Of a stretch of DNA of 64,000 nucleotides, positions 7,206 to 16,779 are shown one piece after another. Every line of letters starts with the position of its first letter. Position 1 is the stretch's first letter. The notes beneath the pieces were generated by a model. It made no database searches. It was not told the origin of the DNA and was given only the letters and a program-made list of their open reading frames with translations. The stretch comes from Candidatus Lustribacter sp. (GTDB lineage: Bacteria > Vulcanimicrobiota > Vulcanimicrobiia > Vulcanimicrobiales > Vulcanimicrobiaceae), in assembly GCA_965277805.1 (NCBI GenBank), contig OZ255842.1, positions 5,152,001 to 5,216,000 on the forward strand, written 5' to 3'. A program made the translations under genes and the position numbers.

Positions 7206-10200
7206 ATGTGGCTGACGCGCGTTTTCATCAAGCGGCCGACGCTGGTCTTCGTCTTCATTGCGTTGACCTTGATCGCGGCCGTGATGGCGCTGCAGTCGCT
7301 GGTGGTGCAGGAACAACCCAATAGCGGGCTGCCCGGCATCACGATCAGCGTCGGCTTCGCCGGTGCGTCCACGACCGAACTGCAAACGGAAGTCGCCGAG
7401 CCGATCGAAGATCAGCTTGCCGGCACGCCCTATCTCGTCACCCAAAGCACGACGATCGAGAGCGGTTCGGTCTCGATCTCGGCCACGTTCTCGCTGCAGT
7501 CGACCAATCCCGAGAACATCGCCAACGTCGAGAAGGCGATCCAGTCGGCGCAGCGTCAGCTGCCGGCCGGGATCACCTCGCCCACGCTGCGCGTTGCCAA
7601 CCCGAGCGAACCGGTCATCGTCACGCTGGCGCTGATCTCGAAGAAGTACGATCAAGCCGAACTCGGGACGCTCGCCAACAATACGGTCGTGCCGGCCATC
7701 GAGCAGCTCCCGGGCGTGTCGAACGTCAACGTCGCGGGCACCACGCAGCCGACGTTCACCGTTACCGTCGATCCGAATTTGCTCGCCGCCAACAACCTGA
7801 CCTTGAGCGACGTCGTCGGCTCGATCACGCCCAACAACGTGCGCGCGCCGGGCGGCTACGTCTATGGGCCTTCGCGCGAAACCGAGCTCGACGTGCGCGG
7901 CGATCTCGCGACGCCGCAGCAAGTCGCCGACCTCCCGATTCACGTGACCTACAGCGGCACGACCAACGCTCCCTCGACGGGCGGGAGCGGTTCGTACGCG
8001 AGCGGGCTCGGCGGCCCGGTCGGCGCGGCAAACGTGCCGATCATCGTCGTCGGCGCGACGCCGGTGCCGGCGGTGGTCGGCGATGAGCCGCGTCCAGTGC
8101 GCTCGGACGTGAACTTTGGAACGGCGGGCGGCAACAGCGCCGGCAGCGCAGCGGGGGCGTCTCTCTCCTCGAGCGGTTCGACCGCCAATACCGGCGCGAG
8201 CGTGCCGGTCGACCAGCCGGTGAACACGCAATCGTCGTCGGGTACGAATGCGGCGGGCGCGTCGAGCGCCACCACTGCCGCGGCCGCCGGCGGCGCGCAG
8301 CCGTCGGGCGCCGCGAGTTCGTTCGGCAGTGGCAGCGGGGTTGCGACGTCACCGTTCGTCGGCGCGTTGCAGTCGTGGGCCGTGCCGAGCGCGGACCGCC
8401 GCATCTCCGATGTCGCCAGCGTTGTTGCATCGACCGTCGTGCCGCGCATCTCGGCTTCGCAAAACGGTCACCCGGGCGTCACGCTCAGCATTCAGAAGCA
8501 AGCCGATGCGAGCGAGGTCACGGTCTCCGGTGAAGTGCTCAAGGCGCTGCCCGCACTCGAACGTCAATTTCCCGACATCCAATTTCAAGTCGCGCACGTG
8601 CAGTCGACGTTCACCGAAGAGCAGGTCGAAGGCGTCGAACACACGCTGATCGAGGGCATCATCCTCACCTCGATCGTGATGCTGTTCTTCCTCGGCTCAT
8701 GGCGCAACGCGGTCGTCGTGATGATCGCGATTCCGACGTCGCTCGGCGTGACGCTCTTCATCATGAACGCCCTCGGGCTCACGCTCGACACGGTGTCGCT
8801 GATGGCGATGACGCTCGTCATCGGCATCCTGATCGACGACTCGACGGTCGTGCTCGAGAATATCGAGCGCCACCATGACGCGGGCGAGTCGCCGGCCGAT
8901 GCGGCGATCAACGGGCGGACCGAGATCGGTCAGGCCGCGATCGTGATCACCTTGGTCGACGTCGTCGTCTTCTTGCCGCTGGCGTTCGTCGGCGGCCAGA
9001 TCGGCCGGCAACTCAACGAATTCGCGATCGTCATCGTGGTCGCTACGATGACGTCGCTCTTGGTGTCGTTTACGATTACCCCGACGCTGGCCGGGCTGTG
9101 GTCGCTGAAGTCCAAATGGAAACCGTGGAAACCGATCGTGTGGTTCGACACGCACTTCAACCGTTTGCGCGCGCGCTATCACGAGAAGTGGCTCCCGGCG
9201 ATGATGGCCCGGCCGTGGCCGCTGCTCGCGGGCGCCGTAATCCTGTGCATCCTCGCCTATCTGCTCGTGCCGACCGGTCTCGTCGGCGAAGAGTACATCC
9301 CGGCGGAAGACCAGGGCATCATCTACGCGCAACTGGCGTTTCCGCCGGGCCATCCGCTCACCCAGACGACCGTCGCGATGCAGAAATTGGAAGCTGCGAC
9401 AAAGCAAGTCATCTCGCCGCACGATCTGCAATACGAAACGACGACGGCCGGCGCGTACAGCGCGGCCTTCGGCGGGTTCGCGCAAGAGGGCAACGTCGGA
9501 CAGATCTCGATCTTCCTCAACGACGACCGCTCGACGTCGACCTACGACTACGTTGGGAAACTGCTAAAGCGCTACCAGCAGGTCGAGCCGTCGGCGCAGA
9601 TCAGCGTGGCGTCGGCCACGCAACAGGGCGGCGGCAATCAACAGCAGATCGACGAGCTGGTCTCGGCGTCCGGCACGACCGATCCGTCGCCGTATGCCGC
9701 CAAAGTCTTCACCGCGCTGCAGCAAACGCCCGGGGCGACCGGCGTGCAGGACAGTCAGACCAACGCCGCGCCGCAGATGGAGATCGACTTCAACCGCGCG
9801 GCGCTGCAGTCGCTCGACGTGAGCATCGGCACGGCGGCGGACGCCGTCGAAGCGGCGTTCGGCGGCGATGTGGCCTCGCAGATCGAGACACCCGACCGCG
9901 GCCTCACCGACATCGAGGTCATGTATCCGCGCAGCGATCAGACCTCGCTCGATCAAGTGCTCGCGATTCCGCTCCGCGCGGAGAACGGCGGGATCGTGCG
10001 CCTCGGCGACGTGGCATATCTCAAGTCGGTCCCCGCCCCGCTGATCATCACGCGCCAGAACCGCGCGCAGGTCGTGCACATCACGGGCAACGTTGCGCCC
10101 GGTTACGAACTCTCGAACGTCACGAACGCGTTCCAGAAACAAGTCGCGGCCTTACACTTGCCCAAGACCGTCACGATCCGGCCGGCCGCGCAGGGCCAGC

Positions 10201-10793
10201 AAGACCTGATGGGCCAAGCGCTCACGGCGCTGCTCTCTTCGCTCGCGATCTCGATCGTGCTCGTGTTCTTGCTGATCGTGACGCTCTACAACAGTTACCG
10301 CACGCCGTTCGTGACGCTCTTCGCCATTCCGGTCGCGGTGATCGGCGCGCTCGGCGCGTTATGGATCACGCACAACACGCTCAACCTGTACTCGCTGCTC
10401 GGCATGATCTTGCTCGTCGGCCTCGTGACGAAGAACGGCATCCTGCTGGTCGACTACGCGGATACGGTGCGCGTGCGCGAAGGGCGCTCGCGCGAAGAAG
10501 GCATCCAAGAGGCCGCCTCGACGCGGTTCCGTCCGATCATCATGACGACCGTTGCAATGGTCGCCGGCATGTTGCCGCTCGCGCTCGGTCTCGAACCCGG
10601 TACCGCCACGCGCACGTCACTCGCCATCGTCGTGATCGGCGGCCTCATGAGCTCGCTCGTCCTTACGCTCTTCATCGTCCCGATCATGTACCGCTGGATC
10701 GCCCCGAAAGAACTCAAAGAAGAAACCCACCTCTCCTCCGACCCGCCCCGCACTAAGAATGTCATTCCGAGCGGAGCGCCGGAGGGCGCGTAG
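7206..10793 (+). CDS. RND efflux transporter permease (AcrB/MdtC family) with a large low-complexity insertion
   Basis: FIKRP N-terminus, IGILIDDSTVVLENI (TM4), GLVTKNGILLVDYA, RFRPIIMTT. Confidence 0.95.
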   Translation: MWLTRVFIKRPTLVFVFIALTLIAAVMALQSLVVQEQPNSGLPGITISVGFAGASTTELQTEVAEPIEDQLAGTPYLVTQSTTIESGSVSISATFSLQSTNPENIANVEKAIQSAQRQLPAGITSPTLRVANPSEPVIVTLALISKKYDQAELGTLANNTVVPAIEQLPGVSNVNVAGTTQPTFTVTVDPNLLAANNLTLSDVVGSITPNNVRAPGGYVYGPSRETELDVRGDLATPQQVADLPIHVTYSGTTNAPSTGGSGSYASGLGGPVGAANVPIIVVGATPVPAVVGDEPRPVRSDVNFGTAGGNSAGSAAGASLSSSGSTANTGASVPVDQPVNTQSSSGTNAAGASSATTAAAAGGAQPSGAASSFGSGSGVATSPFVGALQSWAVPSADRRISDVASVVASTVVPRISASQNGHPGVTLSIQKQADASEVTVSGEVLKALPALERQFPDIQFQVAHVQSTFTEEQVEGVEHTLIEGIILTSIVMLFFLGSWRNAVVVMIAIPTSLGVTLFIMNALGLTLDTVSLMAMTLVIGILIDDSTVVLENIERHHDAGESPADAAINGRTEIGQAAIVITLVDVVVFLPLAFVGGQIGRQLNEFAIVIVVATMTSLLVSFTITPTLAGLWSLKSKWKPWKPIVWFDTHFNRLRARYHEKWLPAMMARPWPLLAGAVILCILAYLLVPTGLVGEEYIPAEDQGIIYAQLAFPPGHPLTQTTVAMQKLEAATKQVISPHDLQYETTTAGAYSAAFGGFAQEGNVGQISIFLNDDRSTSTYDYVGKLLKRYQQVEPSAQISVASATQQGGGNQQQIDELVSASGTTDPSPYAAKVFTALQQTPGATGVQDSQTNAAPQMEIDFNRAALQSLDVSIGTAADAVEAAFGGDVASQIETPDRGLTDIEVMYPRSDQTSLDQVLAIPLRAENGGIVRLGDVAYLKSVPAPLIITRQNRAQVVHITGNVAPGYELSNVTNAFQKQVAALHLPKTVTIRPAAQGQQDLMGQALTALLSSLAISIVLVFLLIVTLYNSYRTPFVTLFAIPVAVIGALGALWITHNTLNLYSLLGMILLVGLVTKNGILLVDYADTVRVREGRSREEGIQEAASTRFRPIIMTTVAMVAGMLPLALGLEPGTATRTSLAIVVIGGLMSSLVLTLFIVPIMYRWIAPKELKEETHLSSDPPRTKNVIPSGAPEGA

Positions 10794-10868
10794 ACGAGGA
10801 ACCGAGAGCGGCGAGATTATCTCTCGTTCCTCATCTGCGCGCCATGCGGCGCTCCGTTCGGAATGACA
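10760..10868. repeat. Long palindromic REP/MITE-like element (TGTCA...TGACA); probably also a terminator between convergent genes
   Basis: 22-bp arms TGTCATTCCGAGCGGAGCGCCG / CGGCGCTCCGTTCGGAATGACA (1 mismatch) plus an inner 18-bp pair with 2 mismatches. Confidence 0.75.
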
Positions 10869-10901
10869 AAATGAGAAATGACAGATTTTACGCGGCAAAT
10901 A

Positions 10902-12095
10902 TTATAAGAAGTAGTTGCCCGCTAGCACGTGATAGGTTTCTTCGGCGGGGTTGAAGGTGACGCCGAGCGGGTCGCCGCCGGCTTTGACCGCGGCGATTTG
11001 CTGGCGCAGGAAGTGACGCAGGCGGCCGACGCCGCGATCGCTGCCGGTGAGGTTTTCCTCGGAGTGCAGTGAGATCGGGCCCTGTCCGACTTGCGCTTCC
11101 CAGTCGCCGGGGATCGCCTGATGTTCGGCTTCGGTGAGTTGGCTCCACTTGCGCCCGTCGATGATCGGCCGCGACTTCACTTCGAAGCCTTCGGGCGCGC
11201 GGAAGATGTGGAAGAGGCGGAAGTGCGTGTCGTCGACCGGCAGCACGAAGCCCACCGACTTCGGCTGGCCGGGCTTGAGGTGGATGTCGGGCACGATGCG
11301 CACGTTCGGGAAGAGCGCTTGCGTGACGCGGTTCATCTTTCGCCCGTCGGGCAACTCGCGATACGCGGTGTACTTCATGCCGTGGTCGGCGTGATCGTAG
11401 GTGACGTCGGGCATCACGCCCATCTCTTCCACGAACTGCACGCCGCTGAACGACGTGTGCAGAATCGGCACGTGGAAGGGATCCATGATGTTTTCCCAGT
11501 CCTGCAGCCAGTTGCACGGCACGATCTCGACCGTGTCGTCGCCGCCGCCGCCGAAACTCGAACCGGTGGCGTAGTAGATCTCGCCGGGCTCGATGCCTTC
11601 GAGCGTATCGTAACGCGGTAGGAGCGGCTTCTTTTCCGGCGGCCCCATGTAGGCCCAGATCATACCGTAACGCTCTTCGACTTCATACCACGGCTGACGG
11701 ATGAGATCGCGGTTGTGCGAAGCGCCGCCGGGTTCGCACGGCTGGTCCAGCACGCGGCCGTCGACGCTGAACAGCCAGCCGTGATAACAGCAGCGGATGC
11801 CGTCGTCTTCGCACTTGCCGTAGAAGAGCGTCGTGCCGCGATGCGCGCAGCGCGGGTAGAGCAGACCCGGCCGGCCCTTCTTGTCGCGAAAGACGATCAG
11901 GTCTTCGCCGAGGATGCGCACGTTTTGCGGCACCGCGACGACCTTGTTCGCGACGGCGACGGGATGCCAGTAGCGGCGCATGTACTCGCCGCACGGCGTT
12001 CCCGGGCCGACTTCGGTCAGCTCGCGATCGTAGGTTGCTTCCGGGCGGCCGTAGGCGGTTCCGGATGCCGTTGGACGGGATTCGGTCGTGCTCAT
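10902..12095 (-). CDS. Rieske non-heme iron oxygenase, alpha subunit (phthalate 4,5-dioxygenase-like)
   Basis: VGPGTPCGEYMRRYWHP, CAHRG...CCYHGW Rieske motif, ENIMDPFHVPILH iron-binding motif. Confidence 0.92.
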   Translation of the reverse strand: MSTTESRPTASGTAYGRPEATYDRELTEVGPGTPCGEYMRRYWHPVAVANKVVAVPQNVRILGEDLIVFRDKKGRPGLLYPRCAHRGTTLFYGKCEDDGIRCCYHGWLFSVDGRVLDQPCEPGGASHNRDLIRQPWYEVEERYGMIWAYMGPPEKKPLLPRYDTLEGIEPGEIYYATGSSFGGGGDDTVEIVPCNWLQDWENIMDPFHVPILHTSFSGVQFVEEMGVMPDVTYDHADHGMKYTAYRELPDGRKMNRVTQALFPNVRIVPDIHLKPGQPKSVGFVLPVDDTHFRLFHIFRAPEGFEVKSRPIIDGRKWSQLTEAEHQAIPGDWEAQVGQGPISLHSEENLTGSDRGVGRLRHFLRQQIAAVKAGGDPLGVTFNPAEETYHVLAGNYFL

Positions 12096-12146
12096 GGCCT
12101 GTGCTGCGGCGAGGAGAATCCGCGTGCCTTCCAACACGGTGCCTGC

Positions 12147-13319
12147 ATGAAACGAGCTTTCGTGTCGGGTCTCGCCGCCGTCGCGGCCGCGGTCCTGATC
12201 GCCCCGACCGCCGGCGCCGATGCGCCGTCGCTGAAGATCGGCCTGGTGTCGACGCTTTCCGGCAATTTCACCGAGGCCGGCAAAACGGGCGATGCCGCAA
12301 TGGCGGCGTTCTTCAAGGAACACGGCGACACGGTTGCGGGCCGCAAGGTCGTGATCATCAAACGCGACGACGGCGGCAACGCGCCCGATACGGCCAAGCG
12401 GCTGGCGCAGGAGCTAATCGTTTCCGAGCACGTCGATTTTCTCATGGGCCTCGTGTTTTCACCGAACGCGAAAGCGGTCGGTGACGTATCGACCAGCGCC
12501 AAGATGCCGACCTTTATCACCAACGCGGCGTCGAACGGCATTCTCGAAAACAATCCCTACATGGCGCGCTTCAGTTACACCGAGGGCGAGCTGACGCAAC
12601 CTCTGGCGCAGTGGGCGCTCAAGAACAATATCAAGAGCGTCTACACCATCGTGCTCGATTACGCGACCGGCATCGATGCCGCGTCGGGCTTCGAGAGCGT
12701 GTATACGGCGGGCGGCGGCAAGGTGGTCGGCAACGTGCACGTGCCGCTCAACGCGCAAGACTTCGCGCCGTACGTGCAGCGCATCAAAGAGGCGCATCCG
12801 CAGGCGGTGTTTGCGTTCCTCAGCACGTCGGCCGGTCCGTTTCTGAAAGCCTGGTCGGCGGCAGGCGGACCCGCCACCGGCGCCAAGATTCTCGCGACCG
12901 GCGAGTTCACGATCGAATCGTCGCTGCCGGTCTACGGCGACGGCGCCCTCGGCGTGATCACCGCGATGAACTATGCCGGCTCGCACAACTCGCCGCTCAA
13001 CAAGCAGCTCGCGCGCGACATGCACGCCGTCGATCCATCGATCGACGAACCGAGCTTCGCGGACGTCGCGACCTACGACGTGCTCTCGGCGATTTACAAA
13101 GCCGTCGCGGCGCAGAAGGGCAATCTCGATCCGGAAAAGACCATGGCGCTCGTGCGCGGCATGAAGATCGAGAGCGCGCGCGGGCCGATCATGATCGATC
13201 CGCAAACGCGCGACATCGTGCAGAACATCTACATCCGCCGCGTCGACAAGGTCGACGGAAAATACCAGAACACCGAGATCGCGACGTACCCGAACGTGCG
13301 CGATCCCTTAGAGCACTAA
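12147..13319 (+). CDS. ABC transporter substrate-binding protein, branched-chain/aromatic-acid type (PBP1)
   Basis: Signal peptide, KIGLVSTLSG, VAGRKVVIIKRDD, ESARGPIMIDPQTRDIVQNIYIRRV. Confidence 0.9.
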   Translation: MKRAFVSGLAAVAAAVLIAPTAGADAPSLKIGLVSTLSGNFTEAGKTGDAAMAAFFKEHGDTVAGRKVVIIKRDDGGNAPDTAKRLAQELIVSEHVDFLMGLVFSPNAKAVGDVSTSAKMPTFITNAASNGILENNPYMARFSYTEGELTQPLAQWALKNNIKSVYTIVLDYATGIDAASGFESVYTAGGGKVVGNVHVPLNAQDFAPYVQRIKEAHPQAVFAFLSTSAGPFLKAWSAAGGPATGAKILATGEFTIESSLPVYGDGALGVITAMNYAGSHNSPLNKQLARDMHAVDPSIDEPSFADVATYDVLSAIYKAVAAQKGNLDPEKTMALVRGMKIESARGPIMIDPQTRDIVQNIYIRRVDKVDGKYQNTEIATYPNVRDPLEH

Positions 13320-15565
13320 GCCCGCAGGGCGGCTAGCACGTTTTTCGGCGTCAACGGGGCCGTGCGCACGCGCACGCCGGTGGCGTCGAATACCGCATTC
13401 GCGATCGCGGCCGCCGTTGGACGCGACGACGGTTCGCCGGCACCGCCCGGGGCGACGGTCGGGCGATTGATCATCACGACTTTCACCTCATCTGGAATGT
13501 CGTGCATCTTTGCCACCGGGTAGGTCGCCCAATCGACCGAGGTCACGTTGTGATCGTCGAAGGTCACTTCTTCCATGACCGCGCGGCTCATCGATTGGAT
13601 CAGGTTCGCTTCGATCGTGCCTTGCAGTGACTTCGGGTTCACGACGAAGCCGCAGTCGTGCGCGCAAACGATGCGGCGCACGCGCACGGCGCCCGTCTTC
13701 GGCTGCACGCCGACCTCGGCGACGGTCGCCACGATCGTCGCGCCGCGCGTCGCGAACGCAACGCCGCGTCCGATCAATTCGCCGTTCGCACCGCTGCGCT
13801 TCACGCTGCCGGAGACACGGGAATCCCAGCCCGCGGCACTCGCCACGTGCTGGAGCGCTTCGATGTGGCGCTGGTCCTTGAGGTGCTTGATGCGGAACGC
13901 GATCGCGTCCATACCGGCGTGGGCCGCGAGTTCGTCGATGAACGATTCGATGATGAACGTCGTGCCCGGGCCTTCGGGGTCGCGCATGTGCGTCGTTCGC
14001 AGCGGCGAGTTGCCGGCCGAAAACGGCGCCAGCAATTCGGCGCTCGAGCGATAGTTGGGGATCTCGTACTTCGCGCTCGCATCGCCGTATTGTCCGAACT
14101 CGTAGACGACCGCGTCGTTGGGAAAACCCGCCATTTGCCCGGCCAGGAAGCTGCCCGCAACGCTCGGCTGCGAGAGGATTTCGTTGCCGTTGAACTGCCG
14201 GATCACGGCGTCGAACGCCACGATGCTGCCGTTGGAAACGTTCGCCTTCAGGCGCCCGGCCATCGCCGGTGCCTTGGTGCCCCATTGCGTGTTGTCGGCG
14301 CGCATCGATTGCACGCGCACCGGCCGGTCGATGGCGCGCGAGAGAAAAGCTGCCGCCGCGCCGGATTCTTCCAAACCGCCGCGCCCGTACGAGCCGGCGT
14401 CGGATGCCCAGACAACCCGCACTTGCTCGAGCGGAATCTTGAGCAGCTTCGACATGCCAAGGCGCAGCGCGTGCGTCTTTTGCGTTCCCGACCACACCGT
14501 GACGCCGTCGCTGCGGACGTCGACGACCGTGCATCCGGGGCCCATGTTGGCGTGCGATTGGAAGGGCCAGAAATACGTCGCTTGCAACGGCGTGCTGCCG
14601 ATGGCCGAGTCGACGTCGCCGCCTTTGGCCACGCTCTGCTTGATCGAGGGCTGGGACCACATGTAGCCGGGCAAGGCGTCTTGCTTGGGCAGCGTCGTGC
14701 TTGCGGCGCTCCACGCCGTTTTGAGCGCGCGGACCGCGCGAATCGCATCCCACTCGTGCGTCGCCACGACGCCGACGAAGTTGCCGACCCGAATAGCGCG
14801 CGAGTCCCCGATGCCGCGAATCGACGAATCGTCGACGCTAACCAGCGTTGCACCGATAGACGGCGGATACACGAAACGGCCGTGCACCATGCCCGGCGGC
14901 TTGACGTTGACGACGTAGGGATAGCTGCCGAACGCTTTGGGCGCCGCGTCTTTGCGGGGCATCGGCGAGCCGGCAATCTTATAGTCGGCCCAGTCTTTGG
15001 GTTTGGCCGGCACGGTGAGGCTGGTGAAGAAGGCATCGCCGGTTTGCGGGAATTTCGGATCGGGGGCGAGCGCGCCGAGTACGTCGGAGTAGCGCAGCGA
15101 TTTCGACGGATCGCCGGCAACTTGGATCACGCCGTCACGGACGGTGAGCTGCGAGGCCGGTACGCCGAGGCGCTGGGCCGCCGCGTTGACGAGGATGCTG
15201 CGCATTTCGGCCGCAGCATTGCGAATCGCAAAGTTGCCCGCGAACGTCGAAAAGCTGCCGCCCACGCCACCTGCGCTAACCGTTTCGCTCGTATCGCCGA
15301 GCATCGGACGCACGCGTTCAAAGGGCACGTCGAGCTCGTCCGCGACGAATTGGGCGAAACCGGTCGGCACGCCCATGCCGACCTCCACTTTATCGGTGTA
15401 CATCTCGACCGTGCCGTCGGGCAGCATGCGCAGCCAGTCGCCGAGGGCGGTCATCTTCTGCGGCGCCGGCGCGTCGGCCGCGACAGCGAAACTGCCGACG
15501 CCGGCACCGGTGGCGATCACCACGAGCGCGGTCGCGCCGGTGAGGAATGTCGCGCGCGTGCTCAT
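13316..15565 (-). CDS. Xanthine dehydrogenase-family molybdopterin subunit (IorB-like)
   Basis: KVEVGMGV, HANMGP, CAHDCGFVVNP, GGAGEP...AAIANAVFDATGVRVRTAPLTP; start at MSTRATFL. Confidence 0.92.
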   Translation of the reverse strand: MSTRATFLTGATALVVIATGAGVGSFAVAADAPAPQKMTALGDWLRMLPDGTVEMYTDKVEVGMGVPTGFAQFVADELDVPFERVRPMLGDTSETVSAGGVGGSFSTFAGNFAIRNAAAEMRSILVNAAAQRLGVPASQLTVRDGVIQVAGDPSKSLRYSDVLGALAPDPKFPQTGDAFFTSLTVPAKPKDWADYKIAGSPMPRKDAAPKAFGSYPYVVNVKPPGMVHGRFVYPPSIGATLVSVDDSSIRGIGDSRAIRVGNFVGVVATHEWDAIRAVRALKTAWSAASTTLPKQDALPGYMWSQPSIKQSVAKGGDVDSAIGSTPLQATYFWPFQSHANMGPGCTVVDVRSDGVTVWSGTQKTHALRLGMSKLLKIPLEQVRVVWASDAGSYGRGGLEESGAAAAFLSRAIDRPVRVQSMRADNTQWGTKAPAMAGRLKANVSNGSIVAFDAVIRQFNGNEILSQPSVAGSFLAGQMAGFPNDAVVYEFGQYGDASAKYEIPNYRSSAELLAPFSAGNSPLRTTHMRDPEGPGTTFIIESFIDELAAHAGMDAIAFRIKHLKDQRHIEALQHVASAAGWDSRVSGSVKRSGANGELIGRGVAFATRGATIVATVAEVGVQPKTGAVRVRRIVCAHDCGFVVNPKSLQGTIEANLIQSMSRAVMEEVTFDDHNVTSVDWATYPVAKMHDIPDEVKVVMINRPTVAPGGAGEPSSRPTAAAIANAVFDATGVRVRTAPLTPKNVLAALRA

Positions 15566-16032
15566 GCCGTCATCTCCTTGGCGGCGCGCTCGACGGCGCG
15601 CAGGATCGCCACGTGGGATCCGCAGCGGCAAACGAGACTGCCCAGCGCCTCTTTGATTTGCGCGCGCGTCGGGTTCTTCTGTTTGTTGAGAAAATCGGCG
15701 GCGGTCATGATCCAGCCGTTGAGGCAATAGCCGCACTGCATCGCTTGTTCTTCCGCAAACGCCGTTTGCAGCGGATGCGGATGTTCGGGCGTGCCTAATC
15801 CGTCGAGCGTCGTCACCGAGCGCCCTTCAGCGAACGAAACCGGCGTGACGCACGAGCGCATGGCCTTTCCGTCGACGTGCACCGTGCAGGCGCCGCACTG
15901 AGCAAGCCCGCAGCCGAAACGCGGGTTTTCCGATGCGAGGTTGTCGCGCAGCGCATACAGCAGCGGCATGTCGGGATCCGCATGGACGTCGTGGACGTGT
16001 CCGTTAACATGCAGCTTCATCGTCTTGTCCAT
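15562..16032 (-). CDS. (2Fe-2S)-binding subunit (IorA/CoxS-like)
   Basis: FGCGLAQCGACTV...RSC, QCGYC...CRCG. Confidence 0.95.
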   Translation of the reverse strand: MDKTMKLHVNGHVHDVHADPDMPLLYALRDNLASENPRFGCGLAQCGACTVHVDGKAMRSCVTPVSFAEGRSVTTLDGLGTPEHPHPLQTAFAEEQAMQCGYCLNGWIMTAADFLNKQKNPTRAQIKEALGSLVCRCGSHVAILRAVERAAKEMTA

Positions 16033-16191
16033 AGTAGCCGGCCCCTCACAACAGTTCGTCAGTCGAAGCGCTTCGCGGGGCAGCCCCTTATTACTTCGGC
16101 GCCCGTTGTATTCGGGTGTGCGAGTCGGCGGATTCCGGGCTCCGCGGAGCGAAGCTTCGGACTACCCGATCGCCATTTGGAGGACTGCGAA

Positions 16192-16779
16192 ATGGACGTC
16201 TTAGATCGCCCGGCCTACTACGGGTTCAAGCAGCGTCACGAGCCGCAGCTCAACCCGTTTGGACTCAAGTGCTGCGATCATTTCGGCTTGCCGACGCCGG
16301 ATCCGGATCGTGCCGGAAAGTTCTACGAGCAGATCCTCGGCGCCGTCGAACTGTTCCGCGCCGGGTATTCCGAAGACGATCGCGCGCACAAACGCCTGCG
16401 GCACATCTTCTATCACATCGGCGCCACGCTGATCGAACTGGTGGAACAAGAAGACGGCGTGAGCTATCCGGATCACACGAATCCGGAAGGCCGCAACATG
16501 AACCCGCACTTTGCGTGGCAGACGACCCCCGAATGCGTAGCGGCCTTTGCCGCGCACCTGACGCGCGAGGGCATTCCGTTCTCCGGTCCGCGGCGTCATA
16601 AGAACGTCAGCGCGGTGTCGGTGTATTTCCGCGATCAGGACGGCAACAATCTCGAAGTGACCACCTGGGAAGAGTGTCCCGATAGCATGATCGCGCCGAT
16701 CGACCCGAACGCGCCGCGCGGCAAGAGCGGCGGCTTCATGGATTGGGGAGCCTACGCCCACAATTGGCGGCCGAAATAA
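16192..16779 (+). CDS. VOC/glyoxalase family protein
   Basis: DHFGL...FYEQILG, PHFAW, SVYFRDQDGNNLEV; GGAGG RBS. Confidence 0.85.
   Translation: MDVLDRPAYYGFKQRHEPQLNPFGLKCCDHFGLPTPDPDRAGKFYEQILGAVELFRAGYSEDDRAHKRLRHIFYHIGATLIELVEQEDGVSYPDHTNPEGRNMNPHFAWQTTPECVAAFAAHLTREGIPFSGPRRHKNVSAVSVYFRDQDGNNLEVTTWEECPDSMIAPIDPNAPRGKSGGFMDWGAYAHNWRPK

Noticed and set aside
7947..8396. Intein or mobile insertion in the RND gene
   Set aside because: No intein terminal motifs (Cys/Ser start, His-Asn end) or endonuclease motifs; simple low-complexity sequence.
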